DNA from: Lama glama
Lineage: Eukaryota
DNA: 64,000 nucleotides
NCBI GenBank assembly: GCA_028534125.1
Contig: CM052816.1
Location: forward strand, 27,592,001 to 27,656,000
Direction of reading: 5' to 3'
In this document: positions 52,414-64,000 of the stretch, in pieces
Numbering within the stretch: the stretch's first letter is position 1
Layout of the letters: the number at the start of each line of letters is the position of its first letter
Position numbers and translations under genes: made by a program
Notes under the pieces: model-generated
The model's input: only the letters and a program-made list of their open reading frames with translations
What the model was told of the DNA's origin: nothing
Databases searched by the model: none

Positions 52414-55406
52414 TGAAATTTTTTAAGTGAAGCAAAATCTTTTGAAGCAAAAACCAAACTTCATGAATCATAATAGACTGGGAGAAGTGGGTTTTAAAAT
52501 ACCTGGGAATTTATGGATTTGTAAATGAGTAATATTTAAAGGCAATTTTGCTGCAGTTATGTTTAAACATAAAGATAGAAATTCAAGATAGAATGAAGTG
52601 AATGGTATAGCATGGTATAGAAGCCTGTTCAGAGAAAACATTTTTAATTTGAAAATAACATCAAGGAGCAAGGAATTTGTAGCAGATCTTTGGGTCACAT
52701 GTCTATCAAGAATAAGAGAGATAAAATATATAGCTTGGGGAGTTAAATTTAGCAGTTCATTTAGTCTCTCCTTGAAGGAATTCAGTGCCTTTTCTCTGGT
52801 AAGGATTAAAATTAGAGAAAAAAGCTCTGTTATTTTCCCCAACTCATAGTCCAGGTTCTAGAAAGTGGTATGTATCTCTGCTTCACTTTTTAGCTGTTCC
52901 AAAATTTTGGAATCCCCTGCTAAAACTCCACTGAACCTCTGCTTGTCAAAGTCCTGGGTACTTTGAACTCCTGGGTACTTAACTACACCTTAGGGTTCTC
53001 TAGGTACAAGGTATCATCACCCCTTTCCTTTGCCAGTTTGACTCACCTGAATGTGTTGGCTGAGCAGTGACTCCTTTTCTCTTTTGTCTCCCCATATGTA
53101 TCACTGTCTGCACTAGAAGCCTTGCCAGATGGATTTAACTGTATGTAGTGGCCCTTCATACCTGACTTTTTATGCCTGACACTAGCCACATGGGCACTAT
53201 TGATTTAACAAAGAATTATCCAGCCCAAATATCACTAGTGCTGAGGTTGAGAGCTGCTAATCTATGTTCATGTCTGTAAGCACCCACTTTATAGTGCAGT
53301 GCAGTACCAAGGGCCAGGCTGTGGAGCGGTCAGGTCCAGATATTAGAAATGAGGGAGGGGGCTGGGATGTGTCTGTATAGAATTTTAAGTCAGTTATAAT
53401 CCTGACTAAAGTCACTCTGATTTTATTATCATCATGCATTAGAAATTCTAAAGAAAAGTCAGTGATAAAAATTCTCCTTCCTGAACAAATATTTTATCAG
53501 TTGAAATGTAAATAACTAGATCAGCTTTACTGTTAAGTTTTAAAACTGTAAATGTAAGCTTCAAAATTAGCCAAGTTTTATTAACTTTAATAAACATTGT
53601 ATTCCACATGAAAGTCAATTTGGGGGACTCTCAGCTATGCAGTAGGCCCCTGATTCAAGTAGATTCAGCAACACCTGTTCAGCAGTAAGTTTGTAATTGT
53701 TTGGAATCAACTGAGATCACTTTTTGACACAGTTCATTGACAATCTCTGTGATAGAACAAATTGCTGCATTTAACAGTGATTCAAAACAAACAATCATAG
53801 CTGTGTGTAATTTTTATAGTTATCTTTCTTTTTCTAGTGTGAGGTTTTGTATGAGGTTAATCAGACCAAAAAAAAATGCAAATGGATAGAATTATTCATG
53901 AGCACTGTACAGTCAATACCAAGCTTTAAAATCATTTCTTGAAGAGAGGCATGTAGAAAATGTGGGAAAGGATATTAATATATTCCTTCACATAGAATGA
54001 AGAACATTCTTTTATATTCTAACATTTAATTAATTTTTTTCAGTTTTTAATTTTTTTACTGCATGATTTTTATATACAAAATTCAGTAAAAAATAACTTC
54101 ACTATGTGCTTTCTCTTCTGGCCATTATTTGTTGTTTCTTTTTAAAACAACTTTTTGTAAAAATAACTTTTTTGTTTAGAGGACAGTAGTATTAGAAATG
54201 ATTTGTGCTGGATGTATAGTAGGTTTTACCACTGATATACTAATCCCTGAGAGGTACTTAAAATTGATTTGTCTCAAACTAAATTCATTATCTACCATTC
54301 ATGCAGTAATGTTAAAAAAGCAAACAAACAAGGACTCCTGATTCCAGTGAAGGACATCATCATTCATACCATCATCCTTGACTTCTGCATTCAGTCTTCA
54401 CCCTCACCTAAACAGTCGATAATAAAGTTACTTAGATTTTCCTTCTTTCATCTCTCTCCTGAATCTCCTCGTTTCTGTCTATACAGCTGCCGATTTCAGT
54501 TAGGCCCTTCTCTTTTCTCTCATGGATTGTATGGTAGTTTCCCTAGCTGTCTTCCTGCCTTCACATTTACCACTGTGTCTCCTTTTTTCCATTGCCAGGG
54601 ATGTTCTCTAGAGAACGAATCATGTCGTTACCGCCATAAAACTTTCGCTGTTTTTCATTGCTTTCAGGATAAAAACCAAACTTCTTGGTATGGTATATTA
54701 GACTCTTTTTGATCCCTGCTGACATCTTCAGGTGTACTTCTTCATACAATTATATATATAAATATACCCCAAATTTTGCATTTCTTTTGAAATTTTCTGT
54801 TGGCTATGTCATAGATATAGATTCTTGGCCTGAAATACTTTTTTAACTCTCCACTCCTAACACTTGCCCAGGGGTCCATTTATTGACTTCCGTATTTATC
54901 CTTAGTCTGGATTAATGAACTCTGATGCTGTTCTACCCCCCCAGAAGTTGAGGTAATCTCAGTTTTGAGTTAATCATACGCCTCAGTTTATACACATTTT
55001 CATCATTGGTCAGAACAAGCTTCGTTTCTTATTTTAGTTATGTATTTCCTCTACTCATTCCAATTTCCCACTCTCCACCCTGGTAGGTAACCTTTCTATA
55101 GTATTTAATATGTATGTTTTTTGAGGGAACAGGTATTTTTACAAAATGTTTATTACCTGAATCTGTTTTAAAATCTTCACTATTATGTTTTAAGGATTAT
55201 TTTACTATGTGATTGTAATCTCGTGCTTCTGATTTTTTTTTTTGCTTCTAATTGTTACATGGGGGTAAAGAGTTTCCATTTTAGCTACTTTATCTCCTAA
55301 TGATTGATGCCTTTCCCTGTCATCTTAAATAATATAAGACTGAACAGCCTCCTACATGTTCACTTATGGGTTTTTGTGAGAGTATTTTTTTCGTGGGATT
55401 ATGTAT

Positions 55407-56265
55407 CAGTTGATGGTGGTAAATGTTCATCAACTTGCTCTCTGTAAAAAAAAGTGTGCATATGTGTATATGTATGTGTGTTTATATATATATATATATT
55501 TACTTGTATGTATGTTTATTATAAATTTTATTGCTATAGAAGAGATATAGCACAAAACTTTCAAATGGTACTAAAATCCACATTTTAGTCAAATTGTATT
55601 TTGATAGAGCCAACTGATTCTCACAGAATGCTTTCATTGATTTTTTTGCTGAACTCTTGTATCCCTGGCCAAACTGTGATTTCAATTGATGAATGAGTAC
55701 AGTTCTGACATGAATATTAGTTGGTATTTTCATTTACGTTAATGGATAGATGAAAGTGAAAATCACAAAAAAAAGTTGAAACTTCATTTCTTCATAAATG
55801 ACAAGCAACTTATTTGCTGAATTGGATATTGGTTTTTAAATACTGGAGGAGCACTGTGCTATTCACAATAAATGACCACAGGCACAGCAAACTTTTGGAT
55901 TTAATCTACATTATTAACATTTTCTCCTTCACTGTCTTAAGTCCAAAGTCAATCAGTAAAACAAAGTAAGCCCTGACCTGTGTTATTTGCTGCTTTTCAT
56001 GGAATAAATATTCCCACCATTACCTATATGAAGCTACCAAAGCAATGTCACTGTGCAGGAAGATGAGATGTGCAATAGCACACTATTCTATAGAATCCAT
56101 CATGTAGATCAAACAGCATAGCTCGAGAACATAGATAATTGTATGAAGAAGTAAAAAAGAAATAGGAAAGGATGATTTTTGAGTATCTATTGCCTTTGTT
56201 CCTAATATAGTTGTTTTTAACTTTACATAAATTAACTTTTAATAATGGCTATGTTTTGCAACAGA
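55407..56265 (-). mobile_element. MER63-family hAT-Blackjack element
   Basis: ggtaaatgttcatcaac at the left end; gagtatctattgcctttg...ttttaataatggctatgtt at the right end. Confidence 0.7.
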
Positions 56266-56749
56266 TTATCTTCTTGGTTATTTCCTCTCAATGTATGTTT
56301 ACTTTTTAAGGGATGTCATTTACCCCTAGTGTTTCATCTTTCTTTTGAATCATTTCTCAAATTATGCTCTGTGCAATATTTCACAGCATTAGGTCTGGCT
56401 AGAAAAATCATTCTATAATCAAATACGTTTAGAATTTTCTGAATGATTCATAATGTAATGTAACATGCATTATGTAAACTAAATTCTGTGATAGTTCTGA
56501 AGTAATGAACCCTCTCAATCATGTTAAACTAATCCTTTCCAATCTCCCTGGAGCACAGATCACATCATGGTGCATTTATTAAGTCTATTGAAACTTTGTA
56601 TACTAGTTTGGAAAATACTGGCATAAAAATTGATATCTCCCCAATGTATATATCCAGTCCTTCCTTTTATCTGAACTCCAAGACTGAATTTCCAACTGTC
56701 TTTTATACATATAGAGGTACTTCAAGATTATATTGTGCAATATTAGACC

Positions 56750-57328
56750 CGTTACTATATTATTGACCTGAAGCTAAAGATCACCAAATCACACTTACAG
56801 TTAAACAAGTTGGGCTTATTACTGGTTGCAGTGAGGGGGAATGCACAACATACTGAAATGTAGGGTGTCCCACTAAGAGGTTGTTAGAAAGAACTTACTG
56901 TAAGATTTTGGTTTGTTTTGAATAATTTTGGAGAAGATCTAAGAAAGCAAGGGCTAGCTCTAGACTAGGTGCTATCAGAAATCAGAGAACAAATCTATAA
57001 TTGAATATCTCAATAAATTTTATGTCTAGGAGGGCTGATAGGGTGAGACTAAGCAGTAATTCATAGAGAAGTAGCAGTCCATTATTTTAGCTGAGGGAGG
57101 GGAATGTGTGGTATTTTGTAAATTTCCCAAATCATCTTTTTGTCTTATTTAATCATGGTGTCAGAGTTACTGTACTTGATGTTCATGTTTCGTGAGATTA
57201 TTTATGTCCAAGAGCAAAACAATATGGCTTAAGTGTCAGCTTCAAAAGAATTTATAATGACACTGAGGCCTGCTTGTGTGTATCAGACCAGGTCTCCAAT
57301 ATCAGGAGCTGTTTTTTTCTCTTCCTTA
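56750..57328 (-). mobile_element. ERV1-type solo LTR (family uncertain)
   Basis: acaagttgggcttattactggttgcagtgagggggaa and general LTR-like layout. Confidence 0.45.
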
Positions 57329-59179
57329 GATCCTTTACAGTACTTTTCTTTGTTGTGTATTCTTTACTGGTATAATCTTAGTCATCCAAACAAGAACATT
57401 TGGTTAACTTTCATCTCTCACTTCTCTTCTCCCTGACATTTTAGAGGATTGTTAATCACCAGTTTCAATCTTAAGTATCCACGAAATATCTTTCAAAATC
57501 ATTCCTGCACCTCTTATCTCACTGCCTAAATTCAGGTCCTCATTATCTCTTATCTGAACAGTTGCAATTGCTAACAAATGGATCTTCCTGATTCTAGTTT
57601 TAGAGCCAACCAAACATATATAAGATCATGTTGTTCCTCTATTTTATAACCTCATTGGCTCATTTTACCTATACATTTTATTATGTAAGATATAAGTACC
57701 TACTCTGCCATTTAAGTTCCTTGGCAGTTTGGTACATCTTAACTTTATAATCTCACTTCATACCCAGTCCTAACAGTCATCATATATGATCTATGCTATA
57801 AAATTCATACAATAAATATTGGTCTAAAGTCTTTATTATGTGCTTTCTTTGAGCCATGTTATTTATCTTAAATAAGTTTTAAAATTAAATAGCTATTAAT
57901 ATGTTTATTTAATATTTGTCTCCATACTAAACTCTTAAGTTTAGTGTCAGCAAGTACCATGTGTAGTTTTTCTCACTATTTTATTCTCCAGCATTGAGCA
58001 AACTATTCAGGCTATTAACACAGACTAACATAGTTAAACTCTGGGTGCAAAATGCACATAAGTTATGTTACAGGCATGGGATGGAATTGAGTACCTGTTT
58101 AAATTCAGAATATTTTGAATAGGAAATAGTAAAGTCAGACTTTCTTAATATCCAAGACTATTGTTAATAGTAGAAAACAAAAAGCTCTATCAATGAGAGC
58201 ATCAAGGCAGATTGAGCATTGGATTAAATGAATCCTCCTAAAATTGCAGAATTTAGCTAATATAAAATGACAATAGTTAGACTGACTTTCTGAGTCAATG
58301 TTACATAGATCTGAAAATAAGAATTCTAAATTGATGTGCTGAGACCTTTCCAAGGTTGAGGAAGCTAAAATTTGATGACTAACTAGATGCTGCAAAGAGA
58401 ATATTTGACTAGATTTAAGATCCATGGAATAGGTATCAGAATACTTCTATATGTGGTACTAATGTTAAAACTTATTAGCTCTGTGGCCTGAGTAAGTCCA
58501 TTCATCTTCCTGAACCCCAGAATCCTCACCTATAAAACTAGGTGAACAGATACTCTGTGTAGATTATCTTAATTCTATAAAATAAAGATACAGCAGATTC
58601 TCCCCTACCTCAAACACTTGAGAACTCTATCAGATTTCTTGCATGAAGAAGTGTCAGATTTCTACTTACCATTATGTTCTATTTAATCTAAAAGATATAT
58701 TGATAAAGGATAATTTAAGGTGTTCCCTACTTTACATTTCTGCTTCTCCTATTTAAAAGACCAAATCTGGTCCAATAAAACATCACAGTAGATCCTTGAG
58801 AGGTTCAGCATACATTGAGATAGCTCTTGGGCCACCAACCACTTTTTACTATATATTGCCTTCTTCCATACCTTATCTGTAATTTGTATCCCTTTTTTTT
58901 TTATCCTTCAAAATACTGACTGCTGAACTTTCTAGTTGTAGTCTCCCTCTTTTAGTGTACATTATCCTATATTGATAATTCTATAACAACTATGACAGAA
59001 ATTGAGCATTTCTTCTATTATCTGTTTTCCTCATTTGATATTGTAAAAGAATCAGTGATTTTTTTAAGCTGAAACATCTAGAAGTATATTCAGCCACCCA
59101 GAATATAAATTCTATTTTAGATGGATTGGCTGTCTTATCAATTTCTGACCAAAGAGGTATAAATGAAAGTGGTAGGTCC

Positions 59180-59472
59180 AAGCTGATAGTGAAGTGAATG
59201 TGCCTCTTGTTCTTGCTCCTTTTATTGGCTAGAATGTTGACATAATGGCAGGAGCTCCAGCAATATTTAAGAACATACAGATGAAGGCCACATAAAATAA
59301 TGATGAAGTCAAAATTTAGAAGGAGCATGGGTCCCTGATTACTTCATTGAACTGTCATACCAAGACTGGGCTTTTCTTTAAGTGAAGAGAAATATGAAAC
59401 AAAACTTGTGTGTTTAAGCCATTGTGAATTTGAATTTTCTGTAACATTAGGTGAACTTAACTTTCTCTGACA
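59180..59472 (+). mobile_element. Old MaLR LTR fragment (MLT1J/K-like)
   Basis: gaaggagcatgggtccctgat...tgtttaagccattg...ttttctgtaaca. Confidence 0.6.
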
Positions 59473-62400
59473 CGATAATAAGGGTAACCATATTTTTAAA
59501 ATTTCATTTTATTTAGCTACCCATTTATCACTTCCTTCTGATACAATTACCTATCTATCCAAAAGAACTCAATGCAGTGTGGTAGAATAATATTATAAAA
59601 CATCAACATTACATAGTATAAAAGTAAGACTATCTACTTAATACTTTTACCTGAACCCTGGGAACGTCTTCCCTCCCCAGCCAGAAGGCCAAGAACTACT
59701 CAGAGCAGAGCATAAAGGCTACAGAAAGTATTAAAAAGAAAAAAAGCAAACAAAAAGAAAAAATTTTTTTAAATAGCCACTGGCCAAAGCAGAATTTAGA
59801 AATTTTAGGATATACACATGCACTATTAATTTTCTTGCTTGGATATACTGAATAGAGTGCATGGGCAGAGAGAAAGAGTTGAGAGAACCATGGGGTAAAA
59901 AAGAACGTGCTGGGGAAATTATGAGCCTCTGCAAAAGTTTCAGAAAACTATGTTTCTTGATTACCAAAAGCCAGTTTTTGCCGACGGAGTGGTAGGTTTC
60001 AATTAAAACTTGACTGTGCCAGTCTCACATCTCCATCCAATACAACCTTTTAAAGGCAACCCTTTCTCTGATAGTCCAAGACAATTGACAGCTTCTACAA
60101 ATGGATAGTGAGAAAGTTGGATGCCGAGGTTTGACTTTTAACATGAAAGGAAACTTTGCATCTATTCAAGGTAAGAAAACAGTTTGAAATTATGCATGAA
60201 ATAAAACTGTTTTGAAGTTTACAAATATACAAATAATTTGCTGTAGGATAAAATTATAAAATATATAAGGCAAAGGGAAAAGAAAGGCAGGAAAATAAGA
60301 TGGAAGCAGAACAAAGATTAACATACAAAGGGGATGCCACAAGGTCATATATATCTTTTAGGGATGAGTCATGATTGAAAATCTAAGACTATTGTGCTAA
60401 AAACAAGGAGAAATACAATAATTTTGATACTCAAAATGTCCATGACATAAAATATGTCTTCTTGTTTAGAAATATAATTAGTAATAGTACTAAGAGCACA
60501 GAGAACCAGTCAATCTCAATTGGGTCCTCCTCCCCAGAACCATGTCAATGAAGACATTCTCAACATTTTTATAGTAAATACAGTCATTTTACTTTTTGTT
60601 TACTATTTATCTGTCCTTAAAAGAATGCTTTTATTTTGTGTTCTACAGCTGTAGAGCATCCTAAGCATCCTTTGATTTACCAAAGTGTTTTTTCAAAAAA
60701 TTAAAGATCAAGTTAAAAAAAGGCAGGGGTGTTCATCTCCCAGCCTTGAGAGACTAACAGGGCCTGGAATTACTTTCTGCTGTAAACAACTAGAAAATTG
60801 GATGAAATATATGGAATTATATAATTCATATATAATTTTCAAGCATTGAACAATAAGCAGCATAGGTCTATAAGAAAGCAAACAAATTAAGTATAAACTC
60901 ATTTAAAGTGTTATTCTGTGCTCTGTGTCAGTATTGATTATATTTCTTCTAAATAACAAGGTATATTTATGTTATAAATATTTTGAGCTTTAAAATTATT
61001 TTATTGTGTTTTTTTAAGTATTAGAATCACCCAGAAATACCACGGTGTCATTTAATCTGTCCCCTAACCGCTACATTTCCTGTGATTTGGTACTTAAATT
61101 TGGAGGCTAAATAGTACTCTAATTTTTTAAAAAATAAAAACACTTCATTTGTAATATTGTGTACTTTCATGAGAGGGCATGGATATTTGACTCCTGTGAC
61201 ATCATGTACTTATTATTATCGTTGTCTAGCTCAATTTCTTAATGGCTCCAAAATGGTGTTATTTTAATTGTATAATTTGTTCATTTAGTTTTCTTACTTC
61301 TATAAAGAAAAACTTTTCCTTTTCAACTATTTGATTATCATAGGGTACAGTCATATAGGAGAGACAAGATAAATACTTGATAGCTTTTTTCAGTTTTAAA
61401 AATGAATTAGTTGACTAGCATATTTGAAAAATTGACTGAAGGTTTTTCTGGAGGTTTGCTTGTTTCATTTTTAGGGCCTGTTTTAGAAAATAAGTAGCCA
61501 CTTTGGGGAGAAAAATCTGCCTCACTGGAGTCTTAATCCTATTCAGTTGACCAGCTGGTCAGGGAATAAGCAAAGGTAGATCATATTATTTCCTATAGCA
61601 ATCAGAAGTTTCATATAGGCTGCTCAATTGCTTCTTCTCTTTTGCTAGACTCATTTCAGGCAAATTGTAATGTTACTGTTCCTTAATAGTTTTCTGTTTT
61701 CTAGGAGAAAAACGAAGTGACAGGAGCAAGGATCCTGAGATAAGAATAGAGTAGGTAGGAAGAGAGATATGGATTATCTTAAGGTGGGGATTCACACACC
61801 AGTCAGGTTGTAGAGGCGGGCTGTGGTTAGGCTGCAGCTTGATCAGGCATATTGATTTTCTAGAGGGAATCAGTATAGAAAGACCCAAAGAGGGAGAACA
61901 GACTGTTTTAGAACACAGAATAGATAAAAAATAGGGAAACCAAGCTCTGTTACTAAGTTTAAGAAGTGACTGGTGAGCTGAAAAACTGGAGGTAAAGAAA
62001 GAATGCAGAGGCTGCACGGGCCCTAGGATCGAGGGAAGATCAAGATCAATGGTAAAGTCGGAGTCTAATATTACTGCTTTTACAAAGTTGGAGAATTCAA
62101 GGGTTATTTTCATTGAGCCATTTATACAAGACTTGAACAGAAATGTATGAAAGGAAGAAATTCTTAAAGTGCTCAAGTGCTCAGTCCTTAATTTATTCGG
62201 AGATGGCTTAATTTGTTTCAGATTTTAGGGCAATGGTTGATTATATGCTATTTTAAATGCTGTATATATCTTTATCAGAATAGAACTCAGTTTTAAATAG
62301 AGTTGCTCCAATTTTTGCTATTTGGATGATAAAAAGACTTAATTTTAATGGTGCTTAAATTAAGCAATCATGAATAATAGCCTCTTGTCAGAAATCCTGG

Positions 62401-62764
62401 ATGGAAGGATAACAATTGCTTGACAACCTACCATTTACAAACTACCTTCTTTATTTTTAACATTGAGATTCAGGAGCACTAATGTAGGGCTAAAAATGAG
62501 AAAAGCTGCTGGAATTCTTAAAGTTGCTTCTGTTTTGTTATATTTATTCTACTGAAAGAGGGTTATATCTTACTTAGCGTTTGTCCACTCATTAATACAT
62601 AAGAAACACTAGTAATTCAATAAAAAAATAAAACCTCAGTCCCTACAAATCACAAGTTCAATGGAGGCCAAAAGACCAATAGTATAAATAGTGTTCTTTC
62701 AGTGGAGACACATCAGGAAGGTTGAACAGTTAGAACAAAACTAAATAATTAAGAATCATGGAAA

Positions 62765-62803
62765 CTGACTATACTTCAATAAACATATATATATACAAAG
62801 AAG
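62765..62803 (+). mobile_element. Ultra-short L1 3'-tail insertion
   Basis: ctgactatacttcaataaa plus tail, between 12-bp direct repeats gaatcatggaaa (62753-62764 and 62804-62815). Confidence 0.7.
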
Positions 62804-64000
62804 GAATCATGGAAATGTTTTAAAAGAAATTGTATTTTATGTGAGAATGCTAAATGTGTCTACTGCTGATAGTACGTCAAATCCAAGTACTGACTAAAGT
62901 AGTTTAAGAAATGTCAGTTTTGATTAGAATTTTGACAATGTCCTAGCATTAAATGATTTTATGTCCATTCAGTCTAGAATACTGTATCTAAACATACGTG
63001 GAAAAAATGGACTTATGAACTTGACAGAATGGGGAATCATCTATAATAATTTTATATCAAAAAAGAAGCCCAAAGCTATAGTTTCAGATTTTTATTTTAT
63101 CTTATAACTAAGATTTTTGCAAGCTATCTTTCATAGAAAAGTAAAGAAATGATATTTGCCTTTAGGATAAATATGACTTTTTTCAGTTTTCAAGAACTGA
63201 GTTTTGAATTTTCATATTTGACATTTAACACAAAAAAACTCATCATAATGCTAATTTTTTAATGTGTGAATCAATTGCAGTATTGTGTGATTGTATATTC
63301 TTAATGAAAAGTGATCTCTACGTATATCCACTGATCAGAGAAGTTTTATACACTAAGTGGAACACGATGCCAAAAATAAAAATGTATTTATGAAATGGCT
63401 CTTAATTTTTAATTTAAGCAATAGAGTTTCCTATGGTCATGCATATTTAATATATTTACTAGGGTTTAAGGCCATTCTTCATTGGCTTTGCACTGAGCTT
63501 TCAGAATAGCACCACTCTGATGCCATAGCCAAAAAAAATTAGGTCATCACTGTTTGTAGAATAAAGGAACCACATGAGTTCCTATGTTAATGCAAGCAAA
63601 GGTATTGGAATAACATTAAGCTTTGTTTGATCCAACTCTGCAGTTATTCTAAGAAAGCAAAGATTACGCTTCCAATTTTGTTGACGCCATAATATATCAG
63701 GGTACATAATAGTACTAGGCTTATAATTATAATGTTAAGGCTCTCAAAAGTATTCCTAAATCAAAAATACAGAGATAATATATCAGAACTACTCTTTTCT
63801 AGGTATTTGCATATTTTAACTTATTATTGAATACTACATTTTTTCAACTGAGAAATTTTATAATGTATTAATCTTATAAATCTCTCTTGATTTCCATGCT
63901 TCCCTCCTGGTAATTTGCATTCTTTGATCATGATGTTTGGGCTAGCAGTAGACAGGCAGGGAATGATCAGATTTTAGTTCAATATTTAAAAGCTACTTAG

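Noticed and set aside
54269..54712. 147-aa ORF
   Set aside because: Lies in degenerate L2-like sequence; no recognisable motif.
61673..62176. Longest ORF in the track (167 aa, minus strand)
   Set aside because: Non-ATG start, Ser/Leu/Phe-rich composition expected from a pyrimidine-rich strand, no recognisable domain.
1..64000. CRISPR arrays, operons, tRNA/rRNA/snoRNA genes, processed pseudogenes, U12 introns
   Set aside because: No repeat-spacer periodicity and no RNA-gene or retrocopy signature that I could recognise by eye; all SRFBP1 introns have ordinary GT-AG ends. An Infernal/Rfam scan would be needed to exclude small RNAs.

Overview
AT-rich mammalian genomic DNA, probably camelid: this is inferred from a young L1 3' end at 52.2 kb that I recall as camelid-type and from seeing no Alu, B1, Bov-A, PRE-1 or SINEC elements. 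The window holds the 5' part of SRFBP1 (serum response factor binding protein 1, related to yeast BUD22) on the minus strand. Its ATG is at 44663 inside a CpG-island, ETS-rich promoter. Coding exons 1-5 are complete, exon 6 runs off the left edge, all five introns are GT-AG, and the spliced frame is open. About 19 kb of upstream intergenic DNA lies to the right. The rest is mostly fossil transposons: a near-full-length Tigger1, a Tigger7/MER44 derivative, MER8, MER94, MER45, MER63, MaLR/ERV LTRs, L1, L2, HAL1 and MIR. Most ORFs in the six-frame track are spurious or transposon-derived. Repeat family names come from recalled consensus sequences, and boundaries of old repeats are approximate. 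I see no convincing novel biological system. The best second-look items are candidate cassette/poison exons in intron 3, a multi-purpose element just upstream of the ATG, a possible divergent non-coding transcript, and several retrotransposition or DNA-repair footprints.
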